Shown here: positions 54,932 through 64,000 of the stretch, in pieces
How positions within the stretch are numbered: position 1 is the stretch's first letter
Layout of the letters: every line of letters starts with the position of its first letter
Notes under the pieces: generated by a model
Databases searched by the model: none
What the model was told of the DNA's origin: nothing
The model's input: the letters and a program-made list of their open reading frames with translations, nothing else
Position numbers and translations under genes: made by a program
From: Candidatus Bathyarchaeota archaeon
GTDB lineage: Archaea > Thermoproteota > Bathyarchaeia > 40CM-2-53-6
NCBI GenBank assembly: GCA_963733055.1
Contig: CAVTBR010000001.1
Location: forward strand, 1,248,001-1,312,000
Reading direction: 5' to 3'
DNA length: 64,000 nt

Positions 54932-56140
54932 TCATCGCATGAATTTCGCAATGAAATATCCAATCTCGTCCACGTCTGGGCGAAACCGCTGACAGCGAGT
55001 AGCAGTGCCTCCAATCTTCCCCAAACCCCTCGAACCCAAGAAAGGCGTCTGATCCACCGCCTCCAGCCCACACTCTTCTTCAGCGAACTCAGCGACTTCC
55101 TCGCATTCTTTCGCGGTGAAGGTGCAAACGCTATACACAACCACCCCACCACGCTTCACAACACGACTCGCCGCCCTAACGAATTGCTTCTGGTATGCGG
55201 CCAGATCGTCTACTCTTTCCCGCTTAGTGTGATCGTAGATTTTCGGCCTGAGACCCAGGGCGCTGCACGGAGGATCAATCAGTACTCGATCGGGTTTCAA
55301 ATCAGCGAAGTCTGCGTCGACATACCTGGAGTCATGGATCGCGAGAGTAACGTTCGAGCAGCCCAGCTTCGTCATCGTGCTGCGGGTTTGCGCTATCTTG
55401 TCGGCGTTTCTGTCCAAGCCAACTACCTTTCCGGACCCTTCCGTTAACTGGCTCAGGTGAGACAACTTCCCGCCCGGAGCACAGTTCATGTCCAAAATGG
55501 TCTCCCCCTTCTGTGGGTCGAGAACATGAGCCGTAATCATCGCAGCGAGTGATTGTGGATAGAGTAAGCCCTCGGAAAATTCAGGTAACTCCCTTATCTG
55601 AGGAGACTTGTACCGTCGATTCTCGACCTTGACAGCTAGCCCTTTCTTGAATGTGAGAATGTCAGTCGTGTTCATCGCTGCCGTCCCATTCCCGAGAATG
55701 TCCCCAAGCTCGGAGACGACGGTGACGTGATCTCCGGTGTGTATGGACGGGCAATTCTTGACTCCTGGCGCGTAGACGTTTGCTCCTTGCAGGACAGATT
55801 CCGCTGTGAATTTGTCAACCACTATCCGCAGTTTGGTTGAAGAAACCTCAAACGGCCCCTCAACTTGCATCCCCAAAGCTTCGGGTAGGACGGGGTGTGC
55901 GTGAACTTTGAGGCCTCTGGCCTCGAGCTTCTTTCGTAGTTCTGTGGGCGATATTTTGTGAGTGTTGCATCTGACATAGTACGTGTTGACGGGTTTTGAG
56001 AGGGCCTCAAGTACCGCAGGCGTATCAGATCCGTACACTTCTTCTGACAGATCTACCACGTCAGAGGAGAATCTGTTTAGAGAGGTGACAGCTAGTTTGG
56101 TCAATTTGATCCTAACGAATGGTTTTGGAATAATGCACAC
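54932..56140 (-). CDS. RsmB/NSUN6-like RNA m5C methyltransferase with PUA domain
   Basis: 'SVLQGANVYAPGV', 'DMNCAPGGK', 'DPPCSALG', 'YSVCT'. Confidence 0.9.
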   Translation of the reverse strand: MCIIPKPFVRIKLTKLAVTSLNRFSSDVVDLSEEVYGSDTPAVLEALSKPVNTYYVRCNTHKISPTELRKKLEARGLKVHAHPVLPEALGMQVEGPFEVSSTKLRIVVDKFTAESVLQGANVYAPGVKNCPSIHTGDHVTVVSELGDILGNGTAAMNTTDILTFKKGLAVKVENRRYKSPQIRELPEFSEGLLYPQSLAAMITAHVLDPQKGETILDMNCAPGGKLSHLSQLTEGSGKVVGLDRNADKIAQTRSTMTKLGCSNVTLAIHDSRYVDADFADLKPDRVLIDPPCSALGLRPKIYDHTKRERVDDLAAYQKQFVRAASRVVKRGGVVVYSVCTFTAKECEEVAEFAEEECGLEAVDQTPFLGSRGLGKIGGTATRCQRFRPDVDEIGYFIAKFMR

Positions 56141-56159
56141 TTGCAGTAGATCGAATTAG

Positions 56160-56441
56160 ATGTTCCTGAGCCCGGAAAGTCAGATTTATGATGTAATGCA
56201 GAATTCGCCAAAGAGGAACAAAGATATACACGGGCATGCGAATCCTGAATCAGTCCACGCAGAGGCCGCGCTTGACTTGAATGAACAGCAAAGGGTAGCC
56301 TTCATCAACGTTGTAGGGCTCGCTTCGCTTGCAACATTTACTGGGCTTGTTTACCTCCGCACCCAAGAACCGTTGATCCTAATTGTTGGCGGGTTGATAT
56401 CGGTCGTAGGCGTACTGGGCATGATGACAGGCAAAACCTGA
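56160..56441 (+). CDS. Small 2-TM membrane protein
   Basis: Two C-terminal TMs; start uncertain. Confidence 0.45.
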   Translation: MFLSPESQIYDVMQNSPKRNKDIHGHANPESVHAEAALDLNEQQRVAFINVVGLASLATFTGLVYLRTQEPLILIVGGLISVVGVLGMMTGKT

Positions 56442-56471
56442 GTTCCCATTCGCGACTCCGGAGTTTCTAGT

Positions 56472-56891
56472 ATGGTTCAGCTATATCCCGAAGCAACAGT
56501 CGGCGCTTTGATCGTCAACGAGAAGGGTGAAGTTCTACTAGTTCACTCCAAGAAATGGGGCGAGAAATACACCGTACCCGGAGGGCATATCGAGCTCGGT
56601 GAGCAGGCGGAGGACGCGATCGTCAGGGAGGTGAAGGAGGAAACGGGCTTGGATTCGGAGGTTGTTGAGTTGCTGATCCTGCAACAAGCAATCTATCCTA
56701 AAGACTTCCACAAGCATGAACACTACATTTTCATGGACTACGTGTGTAAAGCAAAGAGTTCGGACGTGAAACTGGACGGGCGAGAGCTCCAAAGCTACGT
56801 CTGGGTTAAGCCTGAGGATGCCGTCAAATTAGACCTGGAGCAGTACACCCGAAACTTTATTCTCAAATATCTTGAAAAATTCGGAAGTTAA
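56472..56891 (+). CDS. Nudix hydrolase
   Basis: Nudix box 'GGHIELGEQAEDAIVREVKEETGL'. Confidence 0.93.
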   Translation: MVQLYPEATVGALIVNEKGEVLLVHSKKWGEKYTVPGGHIELGEQAEDAIVREVKEETGLDSEVVELLILQQAIYPKDFHKHEHYIFMDYVCKAKSSDVKLDGRELQSYVWVKPEDAVKLDLEQYTRNFILKYLEKFGS

Positions 56892-57388
56892 TTAGCCTCC
56901 GCGTTTACGCCGAGCGTTTTCAAAAGTCTAGCGTGGTCTTTCCTCGTGATCCATTCAACGTAAAGATATTCCGCGATCTCGTCTTCAGGCATGCCAATTT
57001 TACGCCCTTCCTCGACGCAGCAACGGTAGGCCTCAATCTCCGTCGGCCTGTCTACGTAACTGTAAGCGTCATCGAACAGATTCTTCCCTTGAAAGAATTG
57101 CTTTACGTGAACCAATTCATGAATCACGTCGAGGTACAAGTGCCTGGCATCTCCGGTTCTCAAATACTCCAAACCCACGACTAAGCTGCCGTCTTCATCG
57201 TTAACGTACATGTACCCGTCTTCGTCTGTCAACGTCACCTGGGTTTCCTTTAAGATTCGCCCCAACACGGCAGTGTTGCCAACACAGTTCTTCAGGGGTT
57301 CAACACCCTCGAGGCCAGCGAAGATTTCCTGAAGTCTATACCTTCCTTCTGGGAGGGCTCTGTTAACGCTGAAGCGCAGTTCAGTCAA
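56888..57388 (-). CDS. Putative zincin-type metallopeptidase
   Basis: 'HELVH..Q' and 'PTEIEAY'. Confidence 0.65.
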   Translation of the reverse strand: MTELRFSVNRALPEGRYRLQEIFAGLEGVEPLKNCVGNTAVLGRILKETQVTLTDEDGYMYVNDEDGSLVVGLEYLRTGDARHLYLDVIHELVHVKQFFQGKNLFDDAYSYVDRPTEIEAYRCCVEEGRKIGMPEDEIAEYLYVEWITRKDHARLLKTLGVNAEAN

Positions 57389-57430
57389 CCCCGTTCTTCC
57401 AAAACCTGAAGGTATCCAATCTACATGAGT

Positions 57431-58504
57431 TTACATAATTACTGGCATGAACCGTTCTTCGTTAACCGACTTACTCAGACGGCCAACGATCGGAATCTCA
57501 TTCCCACAATAATTGCAACGGTTCTGATCGTCAAGGTTCCAGCTCGATATGTCGAAACCCATGCGTTCGACAACGATATGCCCGCACTCGGGGCAGTAGG
57601 TGTGCTCAAGAGGGTGTCCTGGAACGTTGCCTAAGTACACGTAATTCAAACCAACCTGCTTCGCAATTTCATGGTGCTTCTCTAAAGTCTCGATGGGAGT
57701 TGGGGGGAGGTTCATCATCTTATAGTCAGGGTGGAATCTGAGGAAGTGGATCGGCGTGTCGGGGCCTAAGTTGTCGTATACCCATGAAGAAAATTTCTTT
57801 GCTGCCCCCAAGTCGTCTCCAACCTCCGGAACGATGAGGTCTGTAATCTCAATGTGCACTTTCGTCTTATCTCGAATGTCGAGTAGGGTCTGAAATATCG
57901 GTTCGGAGTTCGCTATGCCAATGTACTTGCGGACGAACGCGGTCTCTCCGCTGCCTTTGAAATCGACCGTGATGCAGTCAAGGAAGTCTGGCATCAACGA
58001 AACCGTCTCGGGAGTATCGTACCCGTTCGACACGAAAATATTGATCAAGCCCGCCTTCCTCGCCTGGACACCAATGTCGTGGGCGAACTCCATGAAGATC
58101 GTTGGTTGGTTGTAGGTATACGCCAAGCCTTGGCAGCGGTAACGTTTAGTCATCTCCACCACTTTCTCCGGCGTCACATCCAGCCCCTCAATCTTACGCC
58201 GCTGACTAATGTCCGAGTTCTGGCAGTATGAGCAGAGCCAGTTACAACCCGTGGTTGCGACTGAGAATATCTTTGTTCCTGGCATGTAGTGGGTTACGGG
58301 TTTCTTTTCTATCGGGTCGATGTGGCCTGCGATAATCTTCCCGTAAACGTAGAGCCACAACTTACCGTTCAGATTGCCCCGGATTCCACAGAGCCCGACC
58401 TTTCCTTCCGGAATATTGCAGTACCGAGCGCAGGCGGTGCATCTGACCCTGCCGCCAGGAACTTGTTGGTATAGAGTGGCCTCTTTACCCGTCAAGGCAG
58501 CCAC
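57431..58504 (-). CDS. amrS: AmmeMemoRadiSam system radical SAM enzyme
   Basis: 'CTACARYC', 'DPIEKKP', CxxxCxxC 'CNWLCSYC', 'RFHPDY', 'YVYLGNVPG'. Confidence 0.92.
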   Translation of the reverse strand: MAALTGKEATLYQQVPGGRVRCTACARYCNIPEGKVGLCGIRGNLNGKLWLYVYGKIIAGHIDPIEKKPVTHYMPGTKIFSVATTGCNWLCSYCQNSDISQRRKIEGLDVTPEKVVEMTKRYRCQGLAYTYNQPTIFMEFAHDIGVQARKAGLINIFVSNGYDTPETVSLMPDFLDCITVDFKGSGETAFVRKYIGIANSEPIFQTLLDIRDKTKVHIEITDLIVPEVGDDLGAAKKFSSWVYDNLGPDTPIHFLRFHPDYKMMNLPPTPIETLEKHHEIAKQVGLNYVYLGNVPGHPLEHTYCPECGHIVVERMGFDISSWNLDDQNRCNYCGNEIPIVGRLSKSVNEERFMPVIM

Positions 58505-58698
58505 CGCAAGGACTGATGTTTGGCCGATTTGAAAACCATCTGAACGATTCTCACTGAAACTATGGCAATGGCCGTGGAATAAACTGTTCTCTTAACATTG
58601 AGAACAAGTCTGTAGCCGCCGCTAGATCCGCAGACCATATCGTTCAAGCTATGGATAATTTGGATGCAAGGACGTGAATGAAGATCACGTCGACCCAC

Positions 58699-60135
58699 TT
58701 ATACGGGCTGAACTCTCAGAAGGTCTGTGGTTCCTCCCGGTGATGAGGGGTCTCCGCAGACAACCACGATCTTGTCTCCTTCTCTCGCCATTCCGCTATT
58801 CCTAGCTGCGGCCTTCGCGGCCGTGAATATTTCAGCCGTGGTATCGAATTTCTTCACCCGGTATGCGTACACACCCCAAAGCAATGAAAGCCTATTCATG
58901 ACTGGGACATTGTGTGTGAGTGCGATTATCGGCACGGATGAACGGTATTTTGAGACCCGGTGCGCGGTCAGGCCAGTTCTGGTGTTTGCGACGATGCAAC
59001 CTGCCTTTAGTGCAAAGGCTACTTCGCATGCCGAGAAGCTGATTGATTCCTGAATGATCGGCCTTACGCTAGGTCGCCGTGCGTCTAAGAGCGTTCCGTA
59101 GGCTAGGTTCTTCTCCGTCTCGGCAGCTACTCTCTTCATTACATTAACTGCTTCAACCGGATACTTGCCCACAGCGGTTTCCTCAGAGAGCATCACGGCG
59201 TCTGTACCGTCGAATATGGCGTTGGCGATATCTGTTACCTCTGCGCGCGTGGGGGTGGGGTTGTTTACCATCGATTCGAGCATCTGAGTAGCAGTAATGA
59301 CCGGTTTTCCTGCAGCGTTCGACTTTCTGATAATCTCTTTCTGAAGGATTGGAATGTCTTCTACATTCATCTCTACACCCAGATCGCCTCGGGCAACCAT
59401 GACACCATCCGCATGCCTCACAATATTTTCCATATTCTCTACCGCCATCCTAGTTTCGATCTTCGCGATTATCCAAGCGTTCGAATTCGCTGCCTTCACG
59501 AGCCGTTTGCCCCGGAGAAGGTCCTTGCTTGAAGTCACGAATGATATCCCAACAAAATCCACGCCCTTCGACAAGGCGAACTTGAGAAGGTCAACGTCTC
59601 TCTTCGTCAACGCTCCAGGCTTCAACCCTTTGTCCGGTAGGTTAACTCCCTTCCCCGACGAGAGCGCCCCGCCCGTAACGATTCGGCAGACCGCCGAATC
59701 CCCTCGCGAAGAAATGACCTCCAGCCTTACGGTCCCGTCCTCAAGGAAAACTCGATCGCCTTTCCTCAAATGTTTGAGAATTGAGGGGTGGCTTATGGAA
59801 ACGATTCTCTGGTTTCCTATGACGTGACGAGCTGTAAGAATCAGTTGCGAGCCGCTTTTCAGATCAACTGGTTCAGGTGAGACTCGGCCAACTCTGATCT
59901 TTGGGCCAGGCAGATCGGCGAGAATTCCTATAGCTGCCTTCCTCTCGCGTGCTAGAGTCCGAATTAGTCTAATTTGCGCAGCGTGTTCTTGGACTGTTCC
60001 ATGGGAAAAGTTGAGCCTCGCAACATTCATTCCAGCATCAATCAATCTGCGAAGTACATCTCTTGATGAAGTCGCGGGACCGATTGTGCAAACAATCTTT
60101 GTCTTGGTCTTCTGTGAAGCCATCGGGGTGTTCAT
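58699..60135 (-). CDS. pyk: Pyruvate kinase
   Basis: 'KIVCTIGPA', 'RLNFSHG', 'MVARGDLGVE', 'ATQMLESM', 'DAVMLS'. Confidence 0.97.
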   Translation of the reverse strand: MNTPMASQKTKTKIVCTIGPATSSRDVLRRLIDAGMNVARLNFSHGTVQEHAAQIRLIRTLARERKAAIGILADLPGPKIRVGRVSPEPVDLKSGSQLILTARHVIGNQRIVSISHPSILKHLRKGDRVFLEDGTVRLEVISSRGDSAVCRIVTGGALSSGKGVNLPDKGLKPGALTKRDVDLLKFALSKGVDFVGISFVTSSKDLLRGKRLVKAANSNAWIIAKIETRMAVENMENIVRHADGVMVARGDLGVEMNVEDIPILQKEIIRKSNAAGKPVITATQMLESMVNNPTPTRAEVTDIANAIFDGTDAVMLSEETAVGKYPVEAVNVMKRVAAETEKNLAYGTLLDARRPSVRPIIQESISFSACEVAFALKAGCIVANTRTGLTAHRVSKYRSSVPIIALTHNVPVMNRLSLLWGVYAYRVKKFDTTAEIFTAAKAAARNSGMAREGDKIVVVCGDPSSPGGTTDLLRVQPV

Positions 60136-60201
60136 CTTCTAGGCCCCCTAACAGGCCTCAACTCTATCAATATATTGAGCGCCAAAACTAACGCGGAAGC
60201 G

Positions 60202-61485
60202 ATGGCAAACTTGGCGTCTCCCATACTATTTGTAGTCTTAGATGGCGTCGGTGACAGGCCCACGCCGGAATACGAGAATAAGACCCCACTGGAAGCCGCA
60301 CTGACACCAAACCTAGACAAGCTCACAGCCAAAGGAAAGACTGGAATAGTCTACACAGTCAAACGAGGCGTGGCCCCGGAAAGTGATGCGGGGGTTTTTT
60401 CACTCCTCAGCTACGACCCCACACGTTTGGAGTTATCCAGGGGCGTTGTAGAAGCAATCGGGTCTGGTATCGAATTCAACCCCGGCGACTTGGCGCTGAG
60501 GTGCAACTTCGCAACGGCTCGGGGCGGCCAAATTGTGGATCGGAGGGCAGGAAGGAATGTTTCAGCAGGGGAGGCCGCTCAACTTGTTGAAGCGGTTAAT
60601 CAGAATGAGAAGTTGAGGAGCCTTATCGACTTCGAACTTAAGGCGACGATTGGACACCGATGTGCTCTTGTCTTCCGAGGCAAAGGCCCACGCCTGTCAG
60701 CTGCCATCTCGAACCTCGACCCCGCGTACGAGCGTCGTGGAAAAATAACCATCGCCAAAACAGACGTCAAACTCCCGACTCCAATTCCCATTTGCGTCCC
60801 ACTCAACAAGACCACAGTAGCCCGCCGCACGGCGGACATGCTGAACCAGTTTGCCGCTCAAGTCAATTCGGTGCTGGAAAACCATACAGTGAATGGTAAT
60901 CGAATAGCCCGGGGTGATCAACCCGCCAACTTTCTGCTGATGAGAGACGCTGGAACGAAGACTCCCAAGGTTAGGACTTTCATCCAGAAATTTGGATTCA
61001 GAGGCGTTGCCGTGGCCGACATGCCTGTTGAACTAGGTATTGCAAAAGTCATCGGGATCGACACCCGAATCTTTCCGCCTGACAGATCACGCGAAGGATA
61101 CTCAGAGCGTGGCGTGGAAGCGTTGCGACTCATGAGGGAATACGATTTCGTCTACGTTCACCTGAAAGGTCCTGATGAACCTGGCCACGACGGGGACTTT
61201 GAAGGAAAGAAGAAAGCTATCGAAGACATTGATGCGGCTTTCTTTTCGAGGCTTGGAGATTTAAGTTCAAACTTTCTTTGTGTGACTGCGGATCATTCAA
61301 CTCCCTGCCTTGCGAAAGGCCACACAGACGACCCCGTTCCCTTGCTTGTCTCCGGGCCGGGGGTCCGGGGGGATGGATCGATGCGATTCACTGAGGCTTA
61401 TGCCATGAAAGGGAAATTGGGGACGATAAAGCATGGTTACGAGATCATGGGAATACTGCGGAAGTTGGTTACATCAAGCGTTTAG
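60202..61485 (+). CDS. apgM: 2,3-bisphosphoglycerate-independent phosphoglycerate mutase (archaeal type)
   Basis: 'LDGVGD', 'TPLEAA.TPNLD', 'PESD', '[12 protein letters not shown]', 'TADHSTP'. Confidence 0.95.
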   Translation: MANLASPILFVVLDGVGDRPTPEYENKTPLEAALTPNLDKLTAKGKTGIVYTVKRGVAPESDAGVFSLLSYDPTRLELSRGVVEAIGSGIEFNPGDLALRCNFATARGGQIVDRRAGRNVSAGEAAQLVEAVNQNEKLRSLIDFELKATIGHRCALVFRGKGPRLSAAISNLDPAYERRGKITIAKTDVKLPTPIPICVPLNKTTVARRTADMLNQFAAQVNSVLENHTVNGNRIARGDQPANFLLMRDAGTKTPKVRTFIQKFGFRGVAVADMPVELGIAKVIGIDTRIFPPDRSREGYSERGVEALRLMREYDFVYVHLKGPDEPGHDGDFEGKKKAIEDIDAAFFSRLGDLSSNFLCVTADHSTPCLAKGHTDDPVPLLVSGPGVRGDGSMRFTEAYAMKGKLGTIKHGYEIMGILRKLVTSSV

Positions 61486-62120
61486 CTGGCCGGCGCGTTC
61501 GGCGCTAGGAATGACCATTGATCTAAGTCCTTGAGTATCTCTTTGAGGATCTCTGTGGCCCTTCCCTCGTCCAATGTTAGCAGAAACTTTCCTAAATGTT
61601 TGCACATGTTCTTGGAGGCAACGTTGTTGCTCCAGTCTTGGCAGTCGTGGAAAATTGTGTGATTGGTGAGGTCAATTCGAATTGAGTAATCCTTGACCTT
61701 GCCCTCGATCATCTTCGAGTTCTCTTGCGATATGGTGACGAGCGAATCGTCGATTTCCCTGGCACGTTGAAGCCTAGGAGCCCCCAAGAATAATCTCAAG
61801 AGCTGTTCCAGTGAGCGTTCCTCGTTCCCGGCTGACGCAGCGGGAGAAGGGCGTTTGCGTCGTACCGCGGTCCCGGTTTTCGTGCCTAGTTTCTGTAGAG
61901 CTTGGTCGATTCGTGAATCGATGTACTGTTGCTCTTCGGGTGAGTACTTGTTCCGGTTAGAGAGGTCGTCAAAATAACGGCGTGCTGCCCGTGCATGCCA
62001 AGAAGTATGTAGCGGGTACCGCCAATTCTCTGGATCGGCGTACATTGCCTGGTCCTTCGGGTAACCTGCTGGGGGGCCGTCACGTCCGAATGGCTTCCTT
62101 TCAGGCTTCTTTCCCGACAA
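61482..62120 (-). CDS. Protein with short N-terminal helical domain and C-terminal SWIM-like zinc finger
   Basis: 'YADPENWRYPL..ARAARRYF'; 'HDCQDW....MCKH'. Confidence 0.65.
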   Translation of the reverse strand: MSGKKPERKPFGRDGPPAGYPKDQAMYADPENWRYPLHTSWHARAARRYFDDLSNRNKYSPEEQQYIDSRIDQALQKLGTKTGTAVRRKRPSPAASAGNEERSLEQLLRLFLGAPRLQRAREIDDSLVTISQENSKMIEGKVKDYSIRIDLTNHTIFHDCQDWSNNVASKNMCKHLGKFLLTLDEGRATEILKEILKDLDQWSFLAPNAPAS

Positions 62121-62241
62121 GCGTCTAATCTCCCAATCAATACGTAGTCTGGAGTACGTGGCCTATAGAGCAATTATAATACATGCCAAGAATCTTTCTG
62201 CGAATAGGCTCATTCTGGTGTACGATACATAAAAGTCGAAA

Positions 62242-62916
62242 GTGCTTACCATGAGCCATGAATTTTTCACAGCACCCGAAATGTACCTAAAAACAATCTA
62301 CAACCTAGAAACCAAAACAGGAGCGGCACGGACTGGAGACATCGCCAAAGTACTCAAGATAACCCCAGGCAGCGTAACAAACACCCTAGAAGTTCTCGAA
62401 GGCAAAGGCCTAGTGGAAAGGGAACCATACAAGGGCGTCAAACTGACAGAAAACGGACGGAAAATGGCGCTGTCCGTATTCAGGCGTCATAGGCTTGCGG
62501 AGCGATTGCTCATCGACGTCCTGCATCTTGGTTGGACCGAGTCGCATGATGAAGCATGCAGGTTAGAGCATTCCATAAGCGAACAGCTCGCCAACTCAAT
62601 CCAAAAGACCCTTGGAGATCCACAAACCTGCCCTCACGGCAACCCAATCCCAGACGAAAGAGGAGCCATAGCTCCCATCAAGAGCGAAGCCCTCTCAAAT
62701 CTTCAAACCGGCCAAAACGCGGTAGTAGCACAGATTCCTGACGAAAGCAGTGAGCTGCTCCACTACCTCGCCACCTTGGGAATGTTCCCTGGCGTGAAGA
62801 TTTCAGTTGAAGAGAAGGCGCCATTTGAAGGACCGATGATGGTGAAAGTAGGAGACAACTCCTACCCACTCAGCCTAGACGTCGCCTCCGGAATCTTCGT
62901 GACTAGGGACAAGTAA
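62242..62916 (+). CDS. DtxR/MntR family metal-dependent repressor with FeoA domain
   Basis: 'YLKTIY', 'RRHRLAERLL', 'ACRLEH', 'CPHGNPIP'. Confidence 0.93.
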   Translation: MLTMSHEFFTAPEMYLKTIYNLETKTGAARTGDIAKVLKITPGSVTNTLEVLEGKGLVEREPYKGVKLTENGRKMALSVFRRHRLAERLLIDVLHLGWTESHDEACRLEHSISEQLANSIQKTLGDPQTCPHGNPIPDERGAIAPIKSEALSNLQTGQNAVVAQIPDESSELLHYLATLGMFPGVKISVEEKAPFEGPMMVKVGDNSYPLSLDVASGIFVTRDK

Positions 62917-62923
62917 ACAAGGC

Positions 62924-63937
62924 TCACACCGAAGCCCCAACGCCGCCGAGGACTACCGACGACAGGCCAGTGTAAACCCTATCTCCCATCAAGCCTCCCC
63001 CCAAACTTCCCAAAACCAAAACAAAGACTGGAAACTGAAAGCCAAACGACCAAGGGAACAAGTAAAGTGTGAAAGGGTAGTAGGTCGCCCAGAAAAACAC
63101 GCCAAATACTAGAGATGAAAAGATCATCGTCCGCCGGAAGAGAACGATCGGAGCTAACACATAGAAGATCAACTCGAACAATGCGATCGGAAGAAGTCCC
63201 CAGGGTATGTACAAAGAAGATCCGACATAGACCACTAGAAGGAGATAGGTCACAGCATTGAAAGCAAGTCCGATGGCGATGCCTGACCCGAGATCCGGCA
63301 TTACTCTCTTCACGGGGATGAGGACGAATGTAGCGATAAACGCGAGCAAAAACGCCATCAACCAGTTCACAGGGAATGAGCGAAACGCTCCTCCGAGGTA
63401 AACGAAAGAGCCAGAAGCTGCAATCCATATCGCGGAGAAACTCAACAAAACGAACAGAGCGACCGTCCGTCGCCTTGCAGCCGACACAATTACCAAGCCA
63501 TGATTAACCATCCCATGCTCAATCACCAACCCAATCACCATGCCAAGGTTCACAGTCAACATCCCAACTATGAGGAGAGCATGCGCGGGAGCGATTCTAG
63601 GTTCGTTCAGGAAGACCCGATGAACAAGTTCATTCCAAATACCCGCTATGATCTCGATCAAGCAACCGAGCCCCGCGAGCTTCAGCCCTGCGACGTTCGC
63701 AAATCGGATCGGGTTGAGCGAAACGTAAGGTTGTTTCGAAGAGTATCGGAGACCTCGCCAAACTCCGATTATCGTTATCGCGATTGCCGCGTAGAGTGTC
63801 AGGTGTGCTGGGTTCCACCAAGGGTCCACGTTTCCAAACAGAATGTGCGAGAATACATCCCACCATCCCGCCAATACCTGAATAACTGCACCGAAACTCG
63901 CGATTAGATAGCTCGATTGACGAGATGCATAAGCCAA
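62924..63937 (-). CDS. Multi-pass membrane protein with repeated W-D/E..H...H motifs
   Basis: 'WWDVFSH...PAHL' and 'WNELVH...PAHA' repeats; possibly metal-binding. Confidence 0.65.
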   Translation of the reverse strand: MAYASRQSSYLIASFGAVIQVLAGWWDVFSHILFGNVDPWWNPAHLTLYAAIAITIIGVWRGLRYSSKQPYVSLNPIRFANVAGLKLAGLGCLIEIIAGIWNELVHRVFLNEPRIAPAHALLIVGMLTVNLGMVIGLVIEHGMVNHGLVIVSAARRRTVALFVLLSFSAIWIAASGSFVYLGGAFRSFPVNWLMAFLLAFIATFVLIPVKRVMPDLGSGIAIGLAFNAVTYLLLVVYVGSSLYIPWGLLPIALFELIFYVLAPIVLFRRTMIFSSLVFGVFFWATYYPFTLYLFPWSFGFQFPVFVLVLGSLGGGLMGDRVYTGLSSVVLGGVGASV

Positions 63938-64000
63938 CTCATCCTATCCTCGCATTAGAGGAGCCGTAGATCCTCCTTAACGGTGGTCAGAACCACGTGT

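Noticed and set aside
1-64000. Integrase, transposase or integron integrase to explain the repeats
   Set aside because: No ORF with tyrosine-recombinase R-H-x-x-R-Y, DDE or HUH motifs was recognised; any enzyme must lie outside the window

Overview
Archaeal chromosomal segment, probably TACK/Bathyarchaeia-like; this is inferred from rpl10e, rpl21e, rpoF, srp54, aIF5A with deoxyhypusine synthase, PAC2, Nob1, GfcR and a CFI-box-CTERM surface protein. 1-20 kb is an accessory mosaic holding four KaiC/RAD55-like paralogues (Walker A absent in the three complete copies) and a dispersed 26-32 bp dif/lox-shaped repeat that sits mostly at gene ends. 20-28 kb is the conserved srp54-rpl21e-rpoF-DUF655-rsmA-trmJ-rpl10e cluster, interrupted at three points. 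28.4-29.5 kb is a long non-coding region with an array of covarying palindromes. The rest holds toxin-antitoxin pairs, glycosyltransferases and housekeeping genes. Several conserved genes appear to need non-canonical start codons (CTG, ACG, ATT). Three microproteins missing from the ORF track are visible: an RHH protein, a Tyr-rich peptide and a protamine-like peptide. No rRNA, tRNA, CRISPR array, transposase or integrase was recognised. All product calls come from motif recognition by eye, not database searches.
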